Part shown: positions 1-8,175 of the stretch, in pieces
Layout: each line of letters opens with the position of its first letter
Numbering within the stretch: position 1 is the stretch's first letter
NCBI GenBank assembly: GCA_043800755.1
Contig: JAZDMQ010000118.1
Coordinates: 1 to 19,570, forward strand
Reading direction: 5' to 3'
Length of the DNA stretch: 19,570 bases
From: a bacterium
GTDB lineage: Bacteria > Methylomirabilota > Methylomirabilia > CAVQYV01
Program-made: the position numbers and the translations under genes
The notes under the pieces: generated by a model
Told to the model about the DNA's origin: nothing
The model's input: only the letters and a program-made list of their open reading frames with translations
Database searches by the model: none

Positions 1-140
1 TTGGACGACCAGCGGAGGGATTTGCCCACCGTCAGGCGGCGGCGCGGGGCGAGCCATTCCCAGAGGGCCATCGCCGCCAGGACCCCGAAGAAAAAGCCAA
101 GTCGGATTCCGGATTCATGTTCCAAGATCCATCTACTCAC
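1..140 (-). CDS. Sterol desaturase / fatty acid hydroxylase family protein, N-terminal part (runs off the window)
   Basis: Not in the ORF track. My manual translation from GTG at 140 gives MSRWILEHESGIRLGFFFGVLAAMALWEWLAPRRRLTVGKSLRWSS. The IRLGFF...ALWE.LAPRR...RW pattern is typical of this family's N-terminus. It overlaps the DUF3047 stop by 8 nt, consistent with translational coupling. Confidence 0.7.
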   Translation of the reverse strand, partial: MSRWILEHESGIRLGFFFGVLAAMALWEWLAPRRRLTVGKSLRWSS

Positions 141-927
141 CTGCGGCCCCAGCCTTTTTGAAGAGGATGTCTCCGTAATAGGCGGTGGCGGACTCTCCGG
201 TGTTGTCGGTGTCGGTCATAATCGCCACCCCCGAGGTCATCGGGGGCTCCTCTCCGAAGGCCTGCCGGTAGTCCTGATACAGATTGCGCTCCTCCCGCAC
301 CCATTGATTAAGTTTTTCCGGTCCGCTCTCCACCACGATCATCTTGACCCGCCGAGTATAGGGATTAGGGACGATGGTCCCCTTCGGGGCCTTGCTCTCC
401 CAGATGTAGTTGATCGCCGCCAGGGGTGGATACTGGCCATATAGCAGCCTGGCCGCCTCGTATTGGGCCTTCTCCAGGAGGCCCAGCTTGCCGGGGTCAT
501 ACTCGAAGGTGATGTAGATCCGGGCCGGATAGTCATCGCCCTCCTTCTTGCTCACATCCCCCTTTTTCAGGATGTTGCCCACCTTCCAGCGCCATTCTAC
601 CATAGGAAATGTTTTAGGATCGATCTTGATCTCCCGGATCAGGCCCGAGGCCGAGGCGTTGGCCTCGGCCTTGACCACCACGACACCCTCCTCCTTGACC
701 AGGGTGTAGCTGGTGTGGCGCTCGATCTTCTTGAAGGTCAAGGGCTTCCAATCGGCGGGCAAATCCTGCCCCAGGACCGCAGCGGAGAACTTGCCCACCT
801 CGATGACCGTGGGGGATTGACCACCAAGGCTGCTGGGGAGGACTAAGTTAGCGGCCATCCAGCCTGCCCCCACGGCCGCGACGCCGATCTTCCGGTATCC
901 TTCCATCCAGGCCTTCCGCATCCTCAT
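133..927 (-). CDS. DUF3047 domain-containing exported protein
   Basis: Hydrophobic N-terminal segment; motifs WRWKV, K.GDDYPARIY, AINYIW, NPYT, W..EERN...DY..AFGE.PP...GVAIMTDTDNTG..A.AYYGDI. This family is commonly found next to ArsS-like genes. Exact start uncertain. Confidence 0.85.
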   Translation of the reverse strand: MRMRKAWMEGYRKIGVAAVGAGWMAANLVLPSSLGGQSPTVIEVGKFSAAVLGQDLPADWKPLTFKKIERHTSYTLVKEEGVVVVKAEANASASGLIREIKIDPKTFPMVEWRWKVGNILKKGDVSKKEGDDYPARIYITFEYDPGKLGLLEKAQYEAARLLYGQYPPLAAINYIWESKAPKGTIVPNPYTRRVKMIVVESGPEKLNQWVREERNLYQDYRQAFGEEPPMTSGVAIMTDTDNTGESATAYYGDILFKKAGAAGE

Positions 928-972
928 TTCGGTCCATCGTCGATGAGGGGATAGGATCCCCCAGCAGGTCTT

Positions 973-1935
973 TCAGCTGAGTGCCCCACAGCAACTGCTC
1001 CCCTGGCCTGCAGTGCATCCGAAACAATGATCTCCGCTCACGATGGGATGTCCCTCCAGATCCACCCCCGCCAGGTCCGACAGATGAAGAGAGGTCCGGC
1101 CCCCGATGCGCATGGGTAGGCCGAGCATCTGGTTGAAATCGCAGTCATAGACAATCCCCTGCCAGTCCAGGCTGATCAGGGATCGGCACATCACTGTCTC
1201 TAGATTGGCTTCCTGGTGCGCCTCTCGCAACAGGGCCAAATAGCACTGTAAACGGCCCTCGGCCATCAAAATATTCGCGAAACGCTGGATGGGCATGTTG
1301 ACCAGGGTGAGGAGAGAATGGAAGACGATGTCGTATCCTCTACCTAATCGCTTCCGGAAGTCCTCCTCCAGGGCCTTCTGGGACGGCGGCAGGAAGGGCC
1401 CCCCGGGGTTGTAGACCAGGTTCAGTCGAAGGGGAGAGCCCTCGTGGCCGTAACCCAACTGGTTGAGCCGCTGGAGGCCGCGAATGCTGGCGGCAAAGGC
1501 CCCCTCGCCCCGTTGAGCGTCCACCCCCTCCTGCAGATAGCAGGGCAGGGAGGCGATCACCTCCACCTGGTGCTGGGCGAGGAAATCCGCCAAGCCCTCC
1601 TGTCCGGGGGCCTCCAGAATGGTAAGATTACAGCGATCCATGACCTGCACGCCCCTCTTTCGTGCCTCATGCACCAGGTGGCGGAAGTGAGGGTTGAGCT
1701 CCGGCGCGCCGCCAGTCAGATCCAGCCTCTTGACGGCTGATGCCTCCAGATAAGCGATGACCTGATCGATGACCTCCCGCCCCATCATTTCCTGGCGTGC
1801 CGGCCCGGCATTGACATGGCAATGGACGCACTGCTGGTTGCAGCGGTATCCTAAGTTCACCTGGAGCGTCTCCAGGCGGGCGCGCCTGACGGCGGGAAAA
1901 TCGCTCATCTCCAGCAAGGCTGGCGTCCCCTGCAT
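973..1935 (-). CDS. arsS: Radical SAM / Cys-rich protein, arsenosugar biosynthesis ArsS family (DUF3641 C-terminus)
   Basis: LQVNLGYRCNQQCVHCHVNAGP (CxxxCxxC), DLTGGAPELNP, DRCNLTIL, ASLPCY, LNLVYNP, MCRSLISLDWQG..YDCDFNQML and C-terminal HCFGCTAGQGSSC. AGGAGG RBS upstream. Confidence 0.88.
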   Translation of the reverse strand: MQGTPALLEMSDFPAVRRARLETLQVNLGYRCNQQCVHCHVNAGPARQEMMGREVIDQVIAYLEASAVKRLDLTGGAPELNPHFRHLVHEARKRGVQVMDRCNLTILEAPGQEGLADFLAQHQVEVIASLPCYLQEGVDAQRGEGAFAASIRGLQRLNQLGYGHEGSPLRLNLVYNPGGPFLPPSQKALEEDFRKRLGRGYDIVFHSLLTLVNMPIQRFANILMAEGRLQCYLALLREAHQEANLETVMCRSLISLDWQGIVYDCDFNQMLGLPMRIGGRTSLHLSDLAGVDLEGHPIVSGDHCFGCTAGQGSSCCGALS

Positions 1936-1950
1936 TGAATTCCTCCTTTT

Positions 1951-2715
1951 CTATGTTCCCTGTCCCATCCTTGCCCTCCTGGATTGCCACCTCTTCGCCA
2001 GGACTGGAAGCAGCGCCAGGAGCCCGAGCAGCAGCAGGGCGCTGGTGGTCTTGGCGGAGAGGAGTTGGCCTGGGGAGCTAATCTCTCCCAGGGACTGTCC
2101 CAGATGGGCGAAGATGAAGCTGGCCGGCAAGGTGCCGATTGCGGTCGCCGCCGCATAGGTGCGGGCCCGGATGGGGGTAAAGGCCGGGGCCAGATTGACC
2201 AGCCAGAAGGGAAACAAGGGGACCAGGCGCAGGAACAGGAGATAGTGAAAATCGTTCTCCTGGAAGCCGGCCATCATCTTCTGGCCCAGCAGTCCCATGC
2301 GCCGCTGCACCGCCTCGGCGAAGAGATAGCGGGCGGCGAGGAAAACCAGCGTAGCCCCCAGGGTGGCGGAGAGGACGATGATCGCCGTTCCCACCCACCG
2401 GCCGAAGAGAAAGCCAACTGCCAAGGATAACACGGCGGCAATCGGCAGGCTGAGGGCGACCGAGCCGGTATAGAGGGCCACCGCACCTGAAAGGCTGATC
2501 CAGTAATGATGCTGGGCATAGTCGTGGAGCTTGATCCGATGCGCCTTGAGGGCCGCGAAGCTGAAGAATTGATTGCCGCCCAAGGCGAAAAAGGCGACCA
2601 ATCCGCTCCCAAAGAGCAGCAGGAGGAGGAGCTTCCTCCAGGGGATAGAACTGGGGGGCCTGTCCTTGGGGGGTTCGGTCAGGCGCCGTGCAGTCGGAAG
2701 AGGAGTTTGATCCAT
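1951..2715 (-). CDS. TVP38/TMEM64 (VTT, SNARE-associated) family membrane protein
   Basis: Multiple TM helices; SLP.A..LSL..GFLFG, ATLGATLVFLAARYLF, LLFLRLVPLFPFWLVN, AT.IG.LP.SFIF..LG. Overlaps the upstream gene by 37 nt. Confidence 0.88.
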   Translation of the reverse strand: MDQTPLPTARRLTEPPKDRPPSSIPWRKLLLLLLFGSGLVAFFALGGNQFFSFAALKAHRIKLHDYAQHHYWISLSGAVALYTGSVALSLPIAAVLSLAVGFLFGRWVGTAIIVLSATLGATLVFLAARYLFAEAVQRRMGLLGQKMMAGFQENDFHYLLFLRLVPLFPFWLVNLAPAFTPIRARTYAAATAIGTLPASFIFAHLGQSLGEISSPGQLLSAKTTSALLLLGLLALLPVLAKRWQSRRARMGQGT

Positions 2716-4109
2716 CTCTTCACCTTTGGCGTGAGGGCCTGCTTCAGAGGCACCTCTGCCACCGCCCGGTTGATTTGGGCCAGCGTCGGGTAGATGTGAA
2801 TCGGCCTGGCCAGATCTGAGGCCTTCATCTTCTTCGACAGGGCCAGCACATATTCGTGAATTAACTCCCCGGCGCGCGGCCCCACGATGGCGGCCCCTAA
2901 CAGCCGGCCCCTGGGGAGGGTGATGATCTTGATGAAGCCTCTCAGCTCCCCCTCGGCTTGGGCCCGGTCGATCTCCTCAAAGGGGTAAGTATAGGCCCGA
3001 TAAGGGATGCCCTGGGCCTTGGCCTGGCCCTCCGATAGGCCCACCCTCGCCAACTCCGGGTCGGTAAAGGTGCACCAGGGGATGATCCGCTCCTCGGCCC
3101 GAGCTTTGAGGCGAAAGAGGGCATTGCGCAGGATAACGCCCGCCTGGTGTTCCGCCACATGGGTGAACTGGTAGGGGCTGGTTACATCTCCGCAGGCGAA
3201 GATGCGAGGGTTGGTGGTGCGGAGGTAAGAATCGGTCAGGATGCGCCCCTGGACGAGGGAGACCCCCGCGGCCTCCAGGCCCAATCCCTCCACATTCGGC
3301 TTCCGACCTGCGGCCACCAGGAGGTGGGTGGCTGAAAGGGGTTTTTCTTGTCCCTGCTCTGGCTTCAGCCAAAGGCGAAGGCCGTCGGCCTGTCCCTCGA
3401 CTCGCGAGGCTTCCTGGTCCAGGTGAAGCTGGATCCCCTCCTCCAACAGTTGATCGGCAAGGACCTGGGCCGGGTCCGGATCCTCCCGCAGAAGGATCTG
3501 GTTGCCCCGCTCCACCACCTGGACCTCGCTGCCCAGTCGGCAAAAGGCCTGGGCCATTTCAATGCCCAGGGGGCCACCCCCCAGCACAATCAGGCGGGGG
3601 ACTGGCCCATTCAAGGCGAATACGGTCTCATTGGTGAGATAGGGGATGGAGCCCAGGCCGTCCAGGGGCGGGATTGCCGGCCGGGAACCGGTGGCCAGGA
3701 CGAAGTGTCTTGCCGTTATTGTCCTACCATTGATTTTGAAGGTGCAGAGGTCCAGGAACTGGCCGGACCCGAAGAGGACCTCCACCCCCAGGCTGCGAAA
3801 TCGCTCCGGACTATCATGGGGGGCAATGGCCTGGATGACCGAGGCAACCCTCTCCATGACCGCGCTCATCTCGATCCTGGGGGAAGAGGGTTCGAGGCCG
3901 AAACGAGCCGCCATGCGCATGGTCCGGGCCACCTTGGCCGAGTGCAGCAGGGTCTTGCTGGGGACACAGCCGTGATAGAGGCAATCGCCGCCTAAGGCCC
4001 GCTTTTCGATCAGGACGACCTTGGCACCCAGGGCGGCCCCACCTGCGGCAACGACCAGCCCGCCAGACCCACCCCCGATCACGCAGAGATCGAATTCCGG
4101 CTTGGCCAT
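2679..4109 (-). CDS. Class I pyridine nucleotide-disulfide oxidoreductase (mercuric reductase / dihydrolipoamide dehydrogenase-like)
   Basis: GGGSGG FAD site, GGDCLYHGCVPSK redox disulfide, ATGS, GGGPLGIE NAD(P) site, FACGDV, FTDPELARVG, HIYPT. No C-terminal CC and no NmerA domain. Confidence 0.9.
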   Translation of the reverse strand: MAKPEFDLCVIGGGSGGLVVAAGGAALGAKVVLIEKRALGGDCLYHGCVPSKTLLHSAKVARTMRMAARFGLEPSSPRIEMSAVMERVASVIQAIAPHDSPERFRSLGVEVLFGSGQFLDLCTFKINGRTITARHFVLATGSRPAIPPLDGLGSIPYLTNETVFALNGPVPRLIVLGGGPLGIEMAQAFCRLGSEVQVVERGNQILLREDPDPAQVLADQLLEEGIQLHLDQEASRVEGQADGLRLWLKPEQGQEKPLSATHLLVAAGRKPNVEGLGLEAAGVSLVQGRILTDSYLRTTNPRIFACGDVTSPYQFTHVAEHQAGVILRNALFRLKARAEERIIPWCTFTDPELARVGLSEGQAKAQGIPYRAYTYPFEEIDRAQAEGELRGFIKIITLPRGRLLGAAIVGPRAGELIHEYVLALSKKMKASDLARPIHIYPTLAQINRAVAEVPLKQALTPKVKRWIKLLFRLHGA

Positions 4110-4142
4110 GATGATTTCGAGGTCAGAGTTTGTCCTTTAGCC

Positions 4143-4763
4143 CTATCGAGAGAGCGCGATGGCCTTATCGAACGCCTTCTCCATGTCCGGCAGATGGGTC
4201 AGCTCCGGGACCACCTGGAGATATCGGACAATCCCCTGCTTGTCCACCAGGACGACGGTGCGGGTCAGGAGCATCAGTCCGTCAATCAAGAGCCCGGTGG
4301 AGCGCCCGAAGGCCCCCTCCTTGTAGTCTGAAAGGTATTGAAGCTGGGTGAGCTTGGCCTCCTTGGCAAATCGCTTCTGGGCGAAGGGCGTATCCCGGCT
4401 GATGGTGATCCGTTTGACGGAAGGAGGCATCCTCTTGCCTTCCTCCCCCAGGTAGTGGGTCTGGGCCTCGCAGACCGGGGTGTCGAGGGAGGGCACGATG
4501 GAGAGGAAGAGGACCGAACCTCTCTCCGCCGAGAGGTCCACCTCTCCCATGGTTGTGGCGTCCGTCAACTTGGTCGAGGGCAGGGGATTGCCTACTGCGA
4601 TGGGCGATCCCACCAGGATGAGGGGCTTTCCGGTGAAGGTGACCTGGCCCCCTGCCTGGGCCGAGAGGGAATCTGTTGGCATCTTCGGTTGCATGGTGGC
4701 GCAGCCCAGCGCCAATAGCAGCAGGGAACCTGCGAGGGCGATAAGGATCTTTTTGGAGATCAT
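4143..4763 (-). CDS. tpx: Thiol peroxidase (Tpx-type peroxiredoxin) with lipoprotein-like signal peptide
   Basis: VTFTGKPL.L.G, PSLDTPVC peroxidatic motif, ISRDTPFAQKRF, LSDY, LL.R.V.LVD..G.V.Y...VPE....PD. ATG at 4763 follows an AAGGAGG RBS; N-terminus MISKK + hydrophobic stretch + LALGC. Confidence 0.85.
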   Translation of the reverse strand: MISKKILIALAGSLLLLALGCATMQPKMPTDSLSAQAGGQVTFTGKPLILVGSPIAVGNPLPSTKLTDATTMGEVDLSAERGSVLFLSIVPSLDTPVCEAQTHYLGEEGKRMPPSVKRITISRDTPFAQKRFAKEAKLTQLQYLSDYKEGAFGRSTGLLIDGLMLLTRTVVLVDKQGIVRYLQVVPELTHLPDMEKAFDKAIALSR

Positions 4764-5018
4764 GGAGATACCTCCTTGGCTGAGAGGTTGGAAGCAAAAG
4801 GTGTCATCCCGCCCCATCTGGAGGGAGAGGCGCCATGGCCGCTCCTATCCTATAATTCTCTTAGATGCCGGGTCGAGACAGCAGCTTCTCGGATTCGAGC
4901 GACTCGCCCTTTGATCCTATTTCACATCCTAACTGGACGATCAGCCTAAACTCACTTATAATAGATTTCCGGAGAAAGTCAAGATGGCTTGGAAGATGCG
5001 GAAGATGCGGCTCACAAG

Positions 5019-5873
5019 ATGAGTAAAGGAAACTGGAAGGGATGGCTCTGGGCGATCCTGGGCACCTCTTTCTTTTCGACGGGGGCAGTCCTGGTGCGCC
5101 TGGCCACACCTTTCTCCCCGTGGGCGGTCACCTCCTTTCGCCTGCTCTTGGGGGCCGGATTTGTGGCCCTCTTCGCCCAGATGGCCGGGCAGCGGCTGCG
5201 GACAAGCCGACCCGAGTTGATCCGTCTGCTCCCCATCGGGGCGATCACGGCCTTGCATGTCCTCTGCTTCGTCGCCTCCCTCTATTTCACTACCATCGCC
5301 CATTCCCTCACCCTCACCTACACCGCCCCGGTCTTCGTCACCCTGCTCTCCCATTTTCTGCTGAAGGAGCCCTTGCCACCCAAGAAATATGGGGGCATCG
5401 CCCTGGCCATCCTGGGGATCTTCATCCTGACCGGCTTCGAGCCGAGGATGAGCTGGCGCATGGCCGGGGGGGACCTTCTGGCCCTGGTCTCGGCCCTCAG
5501 CTTTGGCTTCTATTCGGTGTGGGGCCGGCGAGAAGGGAGGCATTTCCCCTTGTTCCAGTACACCTTCTGGATCTACCTTTTGGCAGGGGCCTTCACCTTG
5601 CCTTTGGCCCTCCTCTCCCTGAGGCCTCCTTTCCCGGCTCAGGCCTGGCTCGCCATCCTCCTGCTGGCCCTCTTTCCCCTGGCCCTGGGCCATACCCTCT
5701 ACAATGCCGCCCTGCGCCTCATCCATCCCACCTATGTGAACATCATCGCCTCCCAGGAGGTGACCGGGGGAATCCTCTTGGGCTGGCTCGTTCTAAGTGA
5801 AGCCCCTGGCGTCAACTCCCTGGTGGGTTGTCTGGTAACCCTTTCCGGCATCATCCTTACGGTTCTTCTTTAG
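5019..5873 (+). CDS. EamA/DMT family transporter
   Basis: About 10 hydrophobic helices in two repeats; SFRLLLG, TAPVFV.LL...LLKE, GDLLAL.SA, LGHTLYN.AL, LLGWLVLSE.P. Start taken at ATG 5019 (the ORF track starts at TTG 4989). Confidence 0.9.
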   Translation: MSKGNWKGWLWAILGTSFFSTGAVLVRLATPFSPWAVTSFRLLLGAGFVALFAQMAGQRLRTSRPELIRLLPIGAITALHVLCFVASLYFTTIAHSLTLTYTAPVFVTLLSHFLLKEPLPPKKYGGIALAILGIFILTGFEPRMSWRMAGGDLLALVSALSFGFYSVWGRREGRHFPLFQYTFWIYLLAGAFTLPLALLSLRPPFPAQAWLAILLLALFPLALGHTLYNAALRLIHPTYVNIIASQEVTGGILLGWLVLSEAPGVNSLVGCLVTLSGIILTVLL

Positions 5874-5921
5874 AAATCTGCCACGGATTTACGCATCATC
5901 CCTGGAAGGAGTTCAAAAAAG

Positions 5922-5951
5922 TTGACAAGACGAAATAGAAGGGTGTAAAGA
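5922..5951 (+). promoter_or_regulatory. Putative sigma70-type promoter (TTGACA-N18-TAAAGA)
   Basis: Perfect -35 at 5922-5927 and TAAAGA at 5946-5951; the same TTGACAAGA...GTAAAGA architecture recurs at 7176 and 8181. Confidence 0.5.
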
Positions 5952-5965
5952 GGGAATCAAGAGGA

Positions 5966-6646
5966 ATGAATCTCAGGAGAAATCGAATGCAGATTTCCGA
6001 CGGCTTGGAAGAGTTCAAAAAGGATGCAGAGCATTGGAAGCTTACGAGGGACCTGGAAAGGCAAGCGGCAGGGATCGTTGAACTCCTTCGCCAATATTCT
6101 GACTCGACTCCTCCCAAAGAGGCCATGAAAGAAACCAAAGCCTTTCTCGCCGAAGTGGAGCGCTGGAAGGGCATGTCCATGCAACATCAGGTAAGGTTGG
6201 CCAAGAGTAATCCCGAGGCCGCCATCTGGAGGGCCTTTCAGCAGGCCGTGAAGGCCCAAACGGACCTGGAGGCCGTCCGCTCCATCATGACCCTTATCGG
6301 GTTCGGCTCATCGCCCCACCCAGAGACACACCTGAGAAGAGCGAAACGGGCCACCGCGGTTCTCAGATTTCTGAAGCCCTACGAGTGGGGCGCGGTCGAT
6401 TGGCGGACGATCGAGCTCCTGAGGTTGCTGGACAAGTATGCTCTTGATGTGGAAGCTGCCCTCGCCGATGCCAAGACAGAAGACCCGAGGAAGCTCAAAA
6501 GGGACCTGGATCACATTAACGAAGACTGGGCCTGCGAGGCAAACCAGAAATATAGGGCGATGCGAACCTCAGAGCTCCCGCGAGCGGCAGATGTGGAGAT
6601 GGCACTGTTCGGTTTATCCATGATCGTCTGGCCATTATCGTTATGA
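5966..6646 (+). CDS. Hypothetical protein, possibly related to the HhH-GPD DNA glycosylase superfamily
   Basis: 226-aa ORF with RBS-like sequences before ATG 5966 and ATG 5987. L.GFG...ATAVLRFLKPYEWGAVDWR and C-terminal RAADVEMALF resemble the HhH / 'VD' region of uncharacterised HhH-GPD-like proteins. The CDS call is firm; the product is tentative. Confidence 0.6.
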   Translation: MNLRRNRMQISDGLEEFKKDAEHWKLTRDLERQAAGIVELLRQYSDSTPPKEAMKETKAFLAEVERWKGMSMQHQVRLAKSNPEAAIWRAFQQAVKAQTDLEAVRSIMTLIGFGSSPHPETHLRRAKRATAVLRFLKPYEWGAVDWRTIELLRLLDKYALDVEAALADAKTEDPRKLKRDLDHINEDWACEANQKYRAMRTSELPRAADVEMALFGLSMIVWPLSL

Positions 6647-6747
6647 AGAAGCGCGTTATCTGTTTTCATGGGATCAAGCCCAGGCGCTGAAAATGGTAAG
6701 AGGTGGGGATTGTTGCTCATTCAGCCGTTGAGGAAAGGAGGTTTCGA

Positions 6748-7032
6748 ATGGCCACTTATATTCTTTTGAGCAACCTGACCGATGAGGGCGCCAAGACCAT
6801 CAAGAGGAACCCGGGGCGCATCAAAGAGGTGAATAAGGAGTTGGAAGGGCTGGGGGTAAGGGTGATATCCCAGTATGCGGTGCTGGGCCCGTACGATTTC
6901 GTGAGTATTGTAGAAGGGCGGGACAACGAGACAATGGCCCGTGTGTCAGCCGAGCTGGGGTCGCGTGGTAGCGTGAAGATTCTGACCATGGCGGCCATCT
7001 CGATTGACGATTTCATTGCCGGTCTCAAGTGA
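6748..7032 (+). CDS. GYD domain-containing protein
   Basis: MATYILLSNLTDEG.KTI...P.R, YAVLGPYDFV.IVE, L.SRGSVKILTM; AGGAGG RBS before ATG 6748; 94 aa. Confidence 0.88.
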   Translation: MATYILLSNLTDEGAKTIKRNPGRIKEVNKELEGLGVRVISQYAVLGPYDFVSIVEGRDNETMARVSAELGSRGSVKILTMAAISIDDFIAGLK

Positions 7033-7170
7033 AAGCGGAGACTGTTCTACTGAGAGGTTCGGCCGAATCAGGTGAAGTCCATGAGGCCAAGTGGATCGAC
7101 TGAGCCTTCGGCGTGCTAATCAATCCCCACCCCGCGCCGCCGGGGGGCGGCATCGGCCTATTCTTTCCTT

Positions 7171-7210
7171 AGAAGTTGACAAGAGAGGGCGAAAGCGGTA
7201 AAGAAGAAGG
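7171..7210 (+). repeat. 40-bp direct repeat copy 1, containing putative promoter TTGACA-N17-TAAAGA
   Basis: AGAAGTTGACAAGAGAGGGCGAAAGCGGTAAAGAAGAAGG is 37/40 identical to 8176-8215; it ends 14 nt before the MNT start. Confidence 0.85.
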
Positions 7211-7224
7211 CAGGCGCTAAAAAG

Positions 7225-7641
7225 ATGAAATCAGAAATGAAAGAAAAAATGGGGCGACTCGCAGCCCAATACCGTCTGCAGATTATCTATGTCTTTGGGA
7301 GCAGGGCAAAAGAGGCTCAAGATCTCGTCGAGGGCCGCATCGATCGGCTTTCATCCGCCCCTTCGGACCTGGATATTGGCGTAAAGCCCGAAAGGCCTCT
7401 TACCGTCGCGGAAAAAGTGGAAATTGCGATATTCTTTGAAGATCTTTTCCATTTGCCCCGAGTAGATGTGGTTGTTCTTCCGGAAGCTCCCGTTTCCCTG
7501 GCGGTGGAAATCGTTCTGGGAGAAATTCTTTATACGAGGGATGCCACCTACGAGGCCGAATATCAGCTCTATATCATGAAGATGGCAGCGGATCTTCTCC
7601 CCTACGAGCAAGCCAAGCAAGAAATGATCCTGGGCGCATAG
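7225..7641 (+). CDS. mntA: Minimal nucleotidyltransferase (MNT) antitoxin, type VII TA
   Basis: IYVFGSRA...SDLDIGV and VDVVVL..AP..LA.EI..G..LY motifs; directly upstream of a DUF86 gene. Confidence 0.85.
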   Translation: MKSEMKEKMGRLAAQYRLQIIYVFGSRAKEAQDLVEGRIDRLSSAPSDLDIGVKPERPLTVAEKVEIAIFFEDLFHLPRVDVVVLPEAPVSLAVEIVLGEILYTRDATYEAEYQLYIMKMAADLLPYEQAKQEMILGA

Positions 7642-7642
7642 A

Positions 7643-8080
7643 ATGACTCCTGCCGATATCGATCCGAAAGTCGTAACCCAGCGGGCCGCATGGGTTCGGG
7701 AAATGATCAGCGCCCTGCGTGAACTCCCGCTCGAAGACAAAGGAGCATTTTTTCGAGAAAGGCATAACCTCGCCGCCGCCGAGTCTTATCTGAGGCGATC
7801 TCTTGAAGCTCTCTTTGATATCGGCCGGCACATCCTGGTCAAAAGGTTCGCTTTTCCGGCCACGGAATACAAGGAAATCGCCAGGGGCCTCTTGGAGAAA
7901 AAAATCCTGAGTGAAGAAGAGGCAGAGTTGATGAGAAAAATGGCGGGGTACCGGAATCGGATGGTACATTTTTATCACGAGATGACCCCGGATGAACTTC
8001 ATGAAATCTGTCTCAATCATCTTGATGAAATCAAGGTTTTGCTCGCCAGACTGCTGCAGTCGACAAAAGGAAAGGCATAA
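7643..8080 (+). CDS. hepT: HEPN (DUF86) RNase toxin, type VII TA
   Basis: AAAESYLRR.LEALFDIGRHI and M.GYRNRMVHFY (RX4HXY motif); starts 1 nt after the MNT stop. Confidence 0.88.
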   Translation: MTPADIDPKVVTQRAAWVREMISALRELPLEDKGAFFRERHNLAAAESYLRRSLEALFDIGRHILVKRFAFPATEYKEIARGLLEKKILSEEEAELMRKMAGYRNRMVHFYHEMTPDELHEICLNHLDEIKVLLARLLQSTKGKA

Positions 8081-8175
8081 GGGGACAGAGGGCTATTAAG
8101 GGTTCGTTCCTCTCGAGGCTTGGAGACGCCACGCCTCAGCGGGGCCCCGCGTCCCTGCAAGGCGTGGGGCGCCAA

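Noticed and set aside
973..975. TGA of arsS as a selenocysteine codon
   Set aside because: It lies after the conserved GSSC motif, which is already encoded as Cys, at the normal end of the protein.
2679..4109. merA / mercury resistance operon
   Set aside because: No C-terminal Cys pair, no NmerA domain and no merR/T/P genes nearby.
4956..5800. Long overlapping ORFs 4956-5726(-) and 5042-5800(+)
   Set aside because: Shadow frames of the GC-rich EamA gene with no family features.
5901..6026. Similar strings TGGAAGGAGTTCAAAAAAG and TGGAAGAGTTCAAAAAGG
   Set aside because: Short, A-rich and gapped, with one copy inside coding sequence; cannot be distinguished from chance.
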